DNA of 54,755 nucleotides. Origin: a virus. Its lineage: Duplodnaviria > Caudoviricetes. Shown one piece after another: positions 36,901 through 44,866 of this stretch. The position numbers and the translations under genes were made by a program. Within the stretch, counting starts at the first letter, position 1, and the number at the start of each line of letters is the position of its first letter. A model generated the notes under the pieces. It saw nothing but the letters and a program-made list of their open reading frames with translations, did not search any database and had not been told where the DNA came from. Location: positions 1 through 54,755 of IMG/VR virus record IMGVR_UViG_3300025276_000039. One strand, 5' to 3'.

Positions 36901-38782
36901 AGTCAAAGGTCAGAAAGGACAAGATGGCGCTTCTGTAAAAGGTCAGAAGGGTCAAGATGGTGCTTCAGTCAAAGGACAAAAAGGTCAAGCAGGAGCAGCG
37001 GGAACAGCAGCCACTGTTGACGTTGGAACCACCGAAACACTTGCCGCTGGGGAGCCAGCGACCGTTAATAATAGCGGATCTACAGAGAGCGCTACATTTG
37101 ATTTTGGAATACCTCAAGGTATTACTGGCGCTAAAGGACAAGATGGCGCTTCGGTTAAAGGACAGAAGGGTCAAGATGGTGCTTCAGTTAAAGGACAGAA
37201 AGGACAAGACGGTCAGAAGGGTGAGCAAGGTGAGGAAGGCCCTTCGGTTAAAGGACAGAAGGGTCAAGATGGCGCTTCAGTTAAAGGACAGAAAGGTGCA
37301 GCAGGCACCAATGGAGACGATGGTGCTAAAGGACAGAAAGGAGCAGAGTCATCTGCCTCTGTTACAGGTTCAGGATCCGCAACAAGGGTTGCCTTCTGGT
37401 CAGGGACTCAAGCCCTAAGTAGCAATTCAAATCTTTATTGGGATAATACTAATGACATATTAGGTTTAGGAGGAACAGGTACATTTACATCTTCACATTC
37501 TTTAAATATAGATGGAACTGGTTTAGCAATAAAAAATAATGTAAATGGCTCAAATAATAATTGGAGTACAATTACCAACATCGATACAGGGAATAGTTCA
37601 AACCTAGTATTTACTTCAGGACAAGGAGTTGCTTTAACATTAAATAATAATAAAAACGCAGAGTTCTCAGGAGATGTAAGAGTCGTTGATAGGTTATTAA
37701 TAAATGCTGCGGCATCAACAGGAAGCCCTTATCTTTCTCTTGATCAAGATGGAGTAGAGAAAGCCTATATACAATATGTTGATGCAGGAGATAATCTTGT
37801 TATGCAATCGGACGGTGTAATGAATTTTAGAACTGGCGCTACATCAAGACTAAGTATTAGTAATGCTGGTGACTCAACTTTTACAGGACAAATAACTGCT
37901 TCAAAAAATCAAAATGCTACAAGTAGTTTTAGTTTTCAAAATTTAGATACAACAGGCACAGGTGTAAGAACACATTTAAACGCTATTGCAGGAAATAGGT
38001 CAATAAGATTAGAGGCTATCCATAACGACCACAGTTATTTAGTAAGTGGTAATTCAACAATGTATCTTCAAACTAGTGGTGGTAGCAATAACACTGTATT
38101 ATTACAAGACAAAAACGCAACGTTTGCAGGAGATTTAATTTTACCTGCTCAAACTATACAATTTGGAAGTAATAGTAATCACATTTTATCATTTGAAAGT
38201 TTAGATAGTACTACAACTGCAATGGAGTTACAGATGGTATCTGTACAAGGAAATGCCATAGGAAAAATTTATGCAGAGGGTACTGTAGGGGATGGAAACA
38301 ATCTTCTGGCTTTTCGAAACGGAAATGGAAATAACTTTATGGCTTCTACTCAAGGGGGTTCTACTGTATTTTCTACAAGTAATACAGAAAGAATCAGAAT
38401 TACTAGCGCAGGCCCGGTGGGAATTAACAATACGTCTCCTGGTACAGTAAATGGTACTGCTTTTGGAGGTGTTATGCTTCATATTACAGGTTCTGGAAAT
38501 ATAGGAAGATTAGTATTAGAAGGTGCTGTTCAAGGAACTATGTTGATGAACGCAACTGGTTCAACTGCAAATCAAAGACTCAAGTTTATCCAAAGCAAAC
38601 AAAACGAGTTTAGGATGGGTAAGGTTTCGGACAGCGGAACAGAAACAACTCAATTTTCGATAGACGATAGTGGTGACTGTGAAATAGAGACTAACGGTGG
38701 CGCTTTAATATTAAGAGACAGTAGTGGAACTCGATATGCAGTTACAGTAGACGGAGGTACATTAGAAGTAAATCAATTATAA
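33986..38782 (+). CDS. Collagen-like fibre protein (Gly-X-Lys rich) with four interspersed globular repeats
   Basis: Blocks of GQKGQDGASVKGQKG; four Y.F.TD.SG...G..R.N...QN.ST domains; beta-rich C-terminal tip. Confidence 0.9.
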   Translation: MSNPGPIDIIITEKPAPVVTITEKPGDVVTITQPKPISIDINNGAVEQLVGSKGQKGAQGEKGTKGEVGPKGAEGTKGLQGVKGEKGEKGLDGDGDKGAKGQDGQKGEQGASVKGQKGEEGSDGDDGAKGQKGQEGASVKGQKGQQGDSVKGQKGQDGASVKGQKGEAGTDGSDGGKGQKGQDGQKGEAGTDGDDGAKGQKGQQGLLPAATYEYVFSTDVSGNPGTGKARFNNATQNTSTSVVINSTDKNGDTIPTPSAGSVLVRSVATSTDFVNFNINSVAIDTGIITCTVNVQGSSANSPFSNGEEITLSFAEGGAKGEVGQKGQDGQKGEKGQDGASVKGQDGQKGEQGASVKGQKGVAGADGGDGGKGQKGQDGQKGQDGASVKGQKGVAGADGGDGGKGQKGQDGQKGQDGASVKGQKGEAGADGGDGGKGQKGLDGQKGQDGASVKGQDGQKGQDGASVKGQKGEKGEKGTRGQNSANSYPYNFRTDTSGNPADGDLRGNETNQNASTRIVLNQTDGDGLTIPAVGANQAGTITIRGVETQTNFLTFDFSGGDTASGEVELTGSISASSATSPFTDNTSVTVSFVFDGAKGEKGQKGQDGQKGIDGTSVKGQKGAEGTSVKGQKGQKGTTGAQAPNVFPYTFKTDTSGNPGAGELRGNQSTQNTSTRIVLNQTDGDNVTIPAVTGSQAGTVVISGTAENSGNFLQFLFTEGSTTGGEIELSGTMSSSSAASPFSNDDTVNVAFQFDGTDGAKGEKGQDGASVKGQKGAAGADGTSVKGQKGVAGTNGDDGAKGIKGQDGASVKGQKGQDGASVKGQKGQDGAKGIKGERGEKGIAGTNAANIYPYTFKTDTSGDMGSGELRGNQSTQNTSTRIKLNSTDGNNTTIPTPTAPGSVTLREVETESNFLIFAFSTVTVDADQIELEGSISASSASNPFDGEDSITASFVFDGSDGAKGQKGQAGADGASVKGQKGQDGASVKGQKGQDGASVKGQKGQAGAAGTAATVDVGTTETLAAGEPATVNNSGSTESATFDFGIPQGITGAKGQDGASVKGQKGQDGASVKGQKGQDGQKGEQGEEGPSVKGQKGQDGASVKGQKGAAGTNGDDGAKGQKGAESSASVTGSGSATRVAFWSGTQALSSNSNLYWDNTNDILGLGGTGTFTSSHSLNIDGTGLAIKNNVNGSNNNWSTITNIDTGNSSNLVFTSGQGVALTLNNNKNAEFSGDVRVVDRLLINAAASTGSPYLSLDQDGVEKAYIQYVDAGDNLVMQSDGVMNFRTGATSRLSISNAGDSTFTGQITASKNQNATSSFSFQNLDTTGTGVRTHLNAIAGNRSIRLEAIHNDHSYLVSGNSTMYLQTSGGSNNTVLLQDKNATFAGDLILPAQTIQFGSNSNHILSFESLDSTTTAMELQMVSVQGNAIGKIYAEGTVGDGNNLLAFRNGNGNNFMASTQGGSTVFSTSNTERIRITSAGPVGINNTSPGTVNGTAFGGVMLHITGSGNIGRLVLEGAVQGTMLMNATGSTANQRLKFIQSKQNEFRMGKVSDSGTETTQFSIDDSGDCEIETNGGALILRDSSGTRYAVTVDGGTLEVNQL

Positions 38783-39126
38783 TGGCAACAATAATAACAT
38801 GGAATTGCAAAACAGTAGACTGTTACCCTACTGACGGAGAATACACAGATGTGGTATACAACGTGCATTGGATAGTAAGAGGAACTTCAGACACTTTAGA
38901 CCCTGATGGTAATGCTTACACAGCAACAAGTATTAACACACAAGTAATAAGTACTAGTGATCTTAGTGGGTTTACACCTTTTGCTGACTTGACTAACTCT
39001 GATGTGGTGTCTTGGACTAAGGCGGCTATGGGGTCGGATAAAGTAACAGCGACAGAAACAGCGGTTCAGTCAGAAATAGACGAGCAAATAAACCCATCAT
39101 CAATAACTCTTACGATAAACAATTAA
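38782..39126 (+). CDS. Fibre-associated small protein (chaperone-like)
   Basis: VVYNVHW...FTPFADLT...V.SW pattern; TAATG-coupled to the fibre gene. Confidence 0.65.
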   Translation: MATIITWNCKTVDCYPTDGEYTDVVYNVHWIVRGTSDTLDPDGNAYTATSINTQVISTSDLSGFTPFADLTNSDVVSWTKAAMGSDKVTATETAVQSEIDEQINPSSITLTINN

Positions 39127-39137
39127 TTTAAACATTG

Positions 39138-39145
39138 TATATTTG
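39138..39145 (+). promoter_or_regulatory. -7 element TATATTTG
   Basis: Upstream of the modification operon. Confidence 0.7.
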
Positions 39146-39165
39146 AAGTAATTCAATATAATGCA

Positions 39166-39915
39166 ATGCAAATTCAAGAAGAATGGGACAAGATGTCCCT
39201 TGAGTTAGAGCACTCTATAAAAACAGGAGACCTTTATATGTTTAGAGACTGGCACTCTGTTTCTATTATTCCCCTATACGAGTGTTGGCTATACCAAGGA
39301 TATCTAGACTATGCTAAAGATGTTTATGACTCTCTTGAAGAATCAGAAAAATATATTTGGGAATTTTGTATGTTACACACAACCTATGGCTATACTTCCA
39401 AACATCATTTTCATAAAAAACAGTCTATTCCTTTTAAGCATTTTACCACAAATCCCTATAACTTAAAAAGCAATCATCACTTTTTTAAGTATCAAACACA
39501 TACAAAGAATAATATTACTGACTTTGACAGAATAGTTGAATTAGGTGGAGGGTGTGGTGACTTCTGTAAGTTTGTTATGAATATGGGGTACACTGGAGAT
39601 TACGTTATAATAGACTTACCTGTTGTTACTAAAATTCAAAAACACAACCTTGCTGGTTATGATGTAAGATTTACTTCTGCACCTGTTCATTACAAGGAAA
39701 ACACTTTGTTTGTTTCTACTTGGGCTATATCAGAATGTCCTTTAGAGTGGAGAAATGAAATTATAAGCAAACTAAATCCAAGCAATTGGTTAATATCCTA
39801 TCAATCTAAGTTTAACGAAATAGACAATGAAAAATATTTTAAAGATTTTGAAGGAGTAAGAGAAAAAATTCCTTGGGTACATTGGGATGGTGGAAGTAAA
39901 TACATCTTAAAATGA
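39166..39915 (+). CDS. SAM-dependent methyltransferase (putative sugar O-methyltransferase)
   Basis: IVELGGGCG motif I, YVIIDLP, STWAISE. Confidence 0.8.
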   Translation: MQIQEEWDKMSLELEHSIKTGDLYMFRDWHSVSIIPLYECWLYQGYLDYAKDVYDSLEESEKYIWEFCMLHTTYGYTSKHHFHKKQSIPFKHFTTNPYNLKSNHHFFKYQTHTKNNITDFDRIVELGGGCGDFCKFVMNMGYTGDYVIIDLPVVTKIQKHNLAGYDVRFTSAPVHYKENTLFVSTWAISECPLEWRNEIISKLNPSNWLISYQSKFNEIDNEKYFKDFEGVREKIPWVHWDGGSKYILK

Positions 39916-42233
39916 ATATAGTATTTCATGTAGGCTACTCAGCCTCGCCTTGGAATTGTTATACTCCAGGTCTTGGAGGAACTGAACAGTGTGTAAATAA
40001 GTTAGCATCATGGTTATCCATTTTGGGTTATAGAGTATTTATAGTAGGACAGGTAGAGCATACAACCATACTTAGAGAACACACGGACGAAGTGGCTATA
40101 CAGTATTTGCCTCTTGAGAGTTTTTATCAACTTCCTAAAGAGATAGATGTTCTCGTGGGCGTTTCTTATTTACATTTTTATAAGCATTACAACTGTTATC
40201 AGATACAAAAGGTTTTATTTTGGTTACACAATGAAGAACCTTTCTATTGGTTCGAGGGTGAAAAAATGCCAGAGGTCCATATTCAAGAGGCATATGACAT
40301 ATGTGATAACATTATTTGTTTAACGAATTGGCACAAGCAACATTTTTTATCTTACAATCCTACGCTCGAAAACAAGATAAAAATAATAGGTAATGGTATT
40401 TCTTTATCAGACATTCAAAAAGGAACCTATAAACTTCCTGGAAGTTATTTATATTCTTCTCACCCAGAAAGAGGATTGGATAACTTATTAAACGAGTGGC
40501 CAACAATAAAGATAAAACGACCATATGCTACACTTGCAATTGCCACTCCAGCATACGGTTTAGAATACTATGACAAATACTTTGCAGAAAAAGTTAAAAG
40601 TCTTGAGACTGAAAGTGTAACTTTTCTTGGCTCCCTCCCTACGGAAGATCTGTATAAAAGAATGGGAACTACGGAGACCTGGTATTACCCAACAGACTAC
40701 AAAGAAACATATTGTATTACGGCTCTAGAGATGATGGCTCATGGTGTTATCGTGGACACTAATGAGATTGCTGGATTAAAAGAAACCGTCAACGGTTTCA
40801 ACAAGTCTACGGACTGGGAAAGGATTGACAAATACATTCAGACCAGGGATTGGTCTAACGTCACTAACGAATGGTTAAATTTAATAGACAACAAAATGAG
40901 CGCAGGACCTCTACTTTCAAAAACACAACCAACAGCGACAACATTAACTGTTACCGAAGACAAAGATGCGGATATGACATATGTAATATGTCTAGACCCT
41001 ACAGATGAAAAAAAAGCAGACATTAAAAAAAGATTCAAAGAGTTTGGTTTTAAGTCTTCATTAACGATATGGGACGCTTGCAACGGTAAGACTGGGGAAA
41101 ATATGCCCTCTGATTATGGCGTATTTAAGAATTGGGTAATGCCTAATTCGTCTAGTCGTTTTCATAACAGAGAAATAACTGATGGGGAAATAGGTTGTGC
41201 CGCATCACATCACGCGGTTTGGAAAGATGCATCCAAAAAAAAATACAAAAAGATTTTAATACTAGAGGAAGACTTTTCTGTAAAAAGAAAATTCGAAGCC
41301 AGCGAATTAAAAACTGATCAGCATTGGACTCTAATGTATTTCTCTTGCAATTTTGTTCAGCCTCCAAAGGGAGTAAATAAATATTTATGTAAGCCCAGGT
41401 ATGCTTATAACGCTCATGCGTATATGCTTACCGATGAAGGAGTGCAAAGAATACTTGAACAGAACTTTCATAATTATCTTTTCCCTGTTGATGAGTTTCT
41501 TCCCGCTACCTTTTGTGATCACCCAAGAGGTGATCTGGATTTCATAACTCAGGATAGTATTGCTATGGCTGTAAAAAATGATTTTATAGGACAGTCAAGC
41601 ACTCGTGCAACTTCTACAACAGAACCAAAATCAATTCATTCTTTGTCAGATTATTCTTATAATGAATTTGTAAAGAGGTTTGTTCATGAATCAGCCAAAA
41701 CAAAAGAGTGGGATTTAGTTGTTGATGAAACGATGCCAGATGTTTTTTCTTATCCATTGTTTACTGAGGAGTTTTGTACTCTAGTAATTGACGAAGCGAA
41801 CAAGTTAGACAAGTGGACAAAAGAGCGTCATGACTTTTATCCAACAACAGACATACTATTAGAGTCGATTGGATTAGATAAAATCTACTCTAAGATTTTA
41901 AAAGAATTTGTTTACCCCTGTGCTATTCATAAATGGCAGTTGCATGGTAAGCCGTGGCCAGATCTATCGAGCGAAAACTTTATGATAAAGTATCAAGAAG
42001 ACGTTCAAGGTCATCTATCCTTACATCACGACAGCGGTTCTATATCTTGTGTCTTGACTTTAAATAGAGACTTTGAGGGTGGGGGTACTTGGTTCTGGAG
42101 ACAACAAAAAGTTCATAAAGGAAATGTCGGGGAGATATCCATACACCCAGCCCAGATAACACACAGACACGGGGGTCGGCCAATCTCAAAAGGAGAAAGA
42201 TATATAATTGTTTCATTCTGTTCTAAGCCATGA
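39912..42233 (+). CDS. GT4 + GT25 glycosyltransferase + PLOD-like lysyl hydroxylase fusion
   Basis: LGGTE and E-x7-E (ETYCITALE); GEIGCAASH, ILEED, AHAY, PVDEF; NF..KY, HHD, FEGGGT, HP..THRHGG.P...G.RYIIVSF. Confidence 0.85.
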   Translation: MNIVFHVGYSASPWNCYTPGLGGTEQCVNKLASWLSILGYRVFIVGQVEHTTILREHTDEVAIQYLPLESFYQLPKEIDVLVGVSYLHFYKHYNCYQIQKVLFWLHNEEPFYWFEGEKMPEVHIQEAYDICDNIICLTNWHKQHFLSYNPTLENKIKIIGNGISLSDIQKGTYKLPGSYLYSSHPERGLDNLLNEWPTIKIKRPYATLAIATPAYGLEYYDKYFAEKVKSLETESVTFLGSLPTEDLYKRMGTTETWYYPTDYKETYCITALEMMAHGVIVDTNEIAGLKETVNGFNKSTDWERIDKYIQTRDWSNVTNEWLNLIDNKMSAGPLLSKTQPTATTLTVTEDKDADMTYVICLDPTDEKKADIKKRFKEFGFKSSLTIWDACNGKTGENMPSDYGVFKNWVMPNSSSRFHNREITDGEIGCAASHHAVWKDASKKKYKKILILEEDFSVKRKFEASELKTDQHWTLMYFSCNFVQPPKGVNKYLCKPRYAYNAHAYMLTDEGVQRILEQNFHNYLFPVDEFLPATFCDHPRGDLDFITQDSIAMAVKNDFIGQSSTRATSTTEPKSIHSLSDYSYNEFVKRFVHESAKTKEWDLVVDETMPDVFSYPLFTEEFCTLVIDEANKLDKWTKERHDFYPTTDILLESIGLDKIYSKILKEFVYPCAIHKWQLHGKPWPDLSSENFMIKYQEDVQGHLSLHHDSGSISCVLTLNRDFEGGGTWFWRQQKVHKGNVGEISIHPAQITHRHGGRPISKGERYIIVSFCSKP

Positions 42234-42451
42234 GTACCACTCCCAAATACTATATTGGTAAGCACAAACGCATAGAAGCGTTTGATGTTGTCCTGGACTT
42301 TCAATCAGATAACTATAATTTAGGGACTGCTATTACATACTTATTAAGGGCTGGTAAAAAACCAGATAACCCAATCACCCAAGATATTCAAAAAGCCATA
42401 GCCCATTTAAAAAAAGAACTAGACCACCAACAAAAAAAAACCAATAATTAA
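42230..42451 (+). CDS. DUF3310-like protein
   Basis: PKYY...IEA...NLG.AI.YL.RAGKK...DI.KA..HL. Confidence 0.8.
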   Translation: MSTTPKYYIGKHKRIEAFDVVLDFQSDNYNLGTAITYLLRAGKKPDNPITQDIQKAIAHLKKELDHQQKKTNN

Positions 42452-42457
42452 ATGTCG

Positions 42458-42465
42458 TATCTTTG
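42458..42465 (+). promoter_or_regulatory. -7 element TATCTTTG
   Basis: Intergenic TAnnTTTG. Confidence 0.65.
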
Positions 42466-42488
42466 GCAGATACTTTAAACCCAATAAA

Positions 42489-43037
42489 ATGAAATACTTC
42501 ATAGAGATAGGATCAAATAGTTTTAACACCTTAATACCTTTAGCAGAACACGGATGGACAGGCGTAATTGTTGAGCCTTTATCACAATACTTAGAAGAGT
42601 TACCAGTCCTAGAAAACGTAGCCTATGTCAATGCCGCTATATCTAATCACGACGGCTCAGGTGTTATGAAAGTATACAATGAAGACGTGTGTGAACAAGA
42701 TTCTGACTTTAGGGGAATGGCTACTTTAGAAACTGAAGGTCTTGTAGAAAAGAACGCCCATATGGTTCATGACGAAGAGGTTGAGTGTATGACATATCAA
42801 ACTTTACTAGATACGCATTGCTCTGATTTCCCTCAGATTGATTTCTTGAAAATAGATGCAGAAGGTCATGATTTAAAAATACTAGAAACGATAGACTTTC
42901 ATGGTCCTCTTCGACCTAAAGTCATTAAGGTTGAGCACGCTCATTGTAATGATATTAAAATGTCTGCTTTGTTAGAAGAGGCGGGGTACTTTAATATGGT
43001 TGACAATATTGACATATACGCTATATCATACGAGTAA
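42489..43037 (+). CDS. FkbM-family methyltransferase
   Basis: FIEIGS, GVIVEP, NAAIS, IDFLKIDAEGHD. Confidence 0.88.
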   Translation: MKYFIEIGSNSFNTLIPLAEHGWTGVIVEPLSQYLEELPVLENVAYVNAAISNHDGSGVMKVYNEDVCEQDSDFRGMATLETEGLVEKNAHMVHDEEVECMTYQTLLDTHCSDFPQIDFLKIDAEGHDLKILETIDFHGPLRPKVIKVEHAHCNDIKMSALLEEAGYFNMVDNIDIYAISYE

Positions 43038-43042
43038 AGTAA

Positions 43043-43327
43043 ATGGCAACGAAAAAAGATTATCGATTAACAAAGGTTGGAGTCTCTGGCTTTAACAAAC
43101 CAAAGAGAACACCATCCCATCCCAAAAAATCACACGTTGTGGTCGCAAAAGAAGGGGACAAAATAAAGATAATTAGATTTGGAGAGCAAGGAGCAGACAC
43201 GGTAACAGAGAAAAACCCTAGTCCTTCACGTGCCAAAAAGAAAGCATCCTTTAAAGCCAGGCATGCAAAGAATATTAAGAGAGGAAAAATGAGCGCTGCC
43301 TACTGGTCTAACTTAGTAAAGTGGTAG
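43043..43327 (+). CDS. Conserved-looking small basic phage protein
   Basis: NKPKRTP.HPKKSH.V...IRFG.QG...SFKARH...SAAYWS...W. Confidence 0.75.
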   Translation: MATKKDYRLTKVGVSGFNKPKRTPSHPKKSHVVVAKEGDKIKIIRFGEQGADTVTEKNPSPSRAKKKASFKARHAKNIKRGKMSAAYWSNLVKW

Positions 43328-43411
43328 TTTTCAGGCATCATACTCAAGTGGACGAAAAAAGATTAATGGCCTATATAAAATCTCACATAGCGAACTTATC
43401 AAGTAGTGCCG

Positions 43412-43419
43412 TAAATTTG
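43412..43419 (+). promoter_or_regulatory. -7 element TAAATTTG
   Basis: Upstream of ATG 43443. Confidence 0.65.
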
Positions 43420-43442
43420 AAACATCTAAAAACAAAAATGTA

Positions 43443-44309
43443 ATGGGTCAAGGTTATAATAGCAGAGACGACGAGTCTATGGGAGAAAGAGATTACCTCC
43501 GAGGGATTAAGAAAAAATTTCTTCAAAGTCTTACAGACAGAAGAAACGAGAGTCGTGGAGAAAACAAACAAATGGGACAACGACCTAATGATTTTGTTAG
43601 AGCACAATCAGGTGGTAAGTTGAGTGAGATGTATGGCTCAGGCGGGGCAATGAAGTATCGCAAAGGAGGAGCCAACTTAGCAATGAGTAACAGCGAGGCT
43701 GTGAGAAGCGGACGTGCTGGAAGAGGTGCAGGAGAACAAGCATATGGTATGGGCGGAAAGATGGACTACGAAAAAGGTGGTATGTTGAAGGCTCTACTAG
43801 ATGATCCAAAGCAAAGAGATATGGCACGAGCCATCCTAAGCGACACCAATACCAAGGCTGTAACAGATGGAAAGGCTGGTCGCTATGAGGAGGGCGGAAA
43901 TATGCCTGACGAAAAACGATACATTCAAAAAAGTATGCCAAGGTCTACTGAAGATTTTCCGGATGAAATTTATAATGCGTCTATGCCTATACTAAGAGAT
44001 ATGCTTAGGGGATCAAAACTTAAACCCCAAGATGAGCAGATGATTGCAGAGTTCGTTATCGGAACAGAGGGTATTGGTTCTGTTAATCCTCAACTAAGAG
44101 ATATGGCACAAAGTGCTAAACAAGGAGGGATGGATTACCTAAGATCAGACGAAGGTGGTAACTTTATTATGGACAAGTACTTTGACCAAGAAACTGGAGA
44201 AGAGGTAACAGAAGAAGTTTTAATGCAGATGAAAGAAAGAGGAAAATCTTTTAGACCACTCAGCAATACGATGGAGGGTGAAGGTAGATATGTTTTTGAA
44301 ATAAGATAA
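43443..44309 (+). CDS. Met/Gly-rich protein with repeated YxxGGx motifs
   Basis: YGSGGAM, YRKGGAN, YGMGGKM, YEKGGML, YEEGGNM. Confidence 0.75.
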   Translation: MGQGYNSRDDESMGERDYLRGIKKKFLQSLTDRRNESRGENKQMGQRPNDFVRAQSGGKLSEMYGSGGAMKYRKGGANLAMSNSEAVRSGRAGRGAGEQAYGMGGKMDYEKGGMLKALLDDPKQRDMARAILSDTNTKAVTDGKAGRYEEGGNMPDEKRYIQKSMPRSTEDFPDEIYNASMPILRDMLRGSKLKPQDEQMIAEFVIGTEGIGSVNPQLRDMAQSAKQGGMDYLRSDEGGNFIMDKYFDQETGEEVTEEVLMQMKERGKSFRPLSNTMEGEGRYVFEIR

Positions 44310-44330
44310 CTTATAGATTGATATAAGAAC

Positions 44331-44360
44331 AAAAAAAGGGGGCTTATGGCCCCCTCTTTT
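44331..44360. terminator. Bidirectional intrinsic terminator
   Basis: A7-GGGGGC-ttatg-GCCCCC-TCTTTT between converging genes. Confidence 0.85.
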
Positions 44361-44379
44361 ATTGTCTGTGTTTAGGAAT

Positions 44380-44784
44380 TTATTGTAACACTCCGCTGAC
44401 AACTTTACGTGTAGGTCTGTTTAACCTAACACCTGTTCCTCCTGAAGCAAAAAACTCAGGAGTGTCTGTGCCTTCTGTATTTTCCCAGTAGTTAACATAG
44501 TGATCATCCTCAAAGTAGAAGGTGTAGCAATTACTAACACCAACAAATAAATCGGCATTTTTTACATACGACTCCGCTTGATTCATTAAGATGCCCAACA
44601 GTTCTTTTGATTTATACTTAGACGTAATGTCAAAGTGTCGGCTGCCATTATTACCTAAAGGATATAGTGTGTGTTGTATACCACATTCGATTAAGGGCCA
44701 CATGGACTCTCTTACTTGTGGTTGATCTTGTGCTTGTGCTCCCAACGAGAGAGCAACGGCTAACGATAAAAATAGATGTTTCAT
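44380..44784 (-). CDS. Secreted/periplasmic protein, counter-oriented moron
   Basis: Sec signal MKHLFLSLAVALSLGAQA followed by Q; has its own promoter and terminator. Confidence 0.75.
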   Translation of the reverse strand: MKHLFLSLAVALSLGAQAQDQPQVRESMWPLIECGIQHTLYPLGNNGSRHFDITSKYKSKELLGILMNQAESYVKNADLFVGVSNCYTFYFEDDHYVNYWENTEGTDTPEFFASGGTGVRLNRPTRKVVSGVLQ

Positions 44785-44811
44785 TTTATTAAAGATTTGG
44801 TTTCACTCCTC

Positions 44812-44839
44812 CAAACCTAAGAATAATATTTTAGATTTG
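44812..44839. promoter_or_regulatory. Divergent -7 elements
   Basis: TAGGTTTG on - (44812..44819); TAGATTTG on + (44832..44839). Confidence 0.7.
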
Positions 44840-44866
44840 CAAGAACAACTATAAAATTTAATTGAG

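Noticed and set aside
34140-37345. Repeats as a CRISPR array
   Set aside because: They are in-frame coding repeats with no unique spacers, and there are no cas genes.
34434-37418. Alternative-frame and antisense ORFs over the collagen gene
   Set aside because: Shadow ORFs caused by repetitive Gly-X-Y codons.
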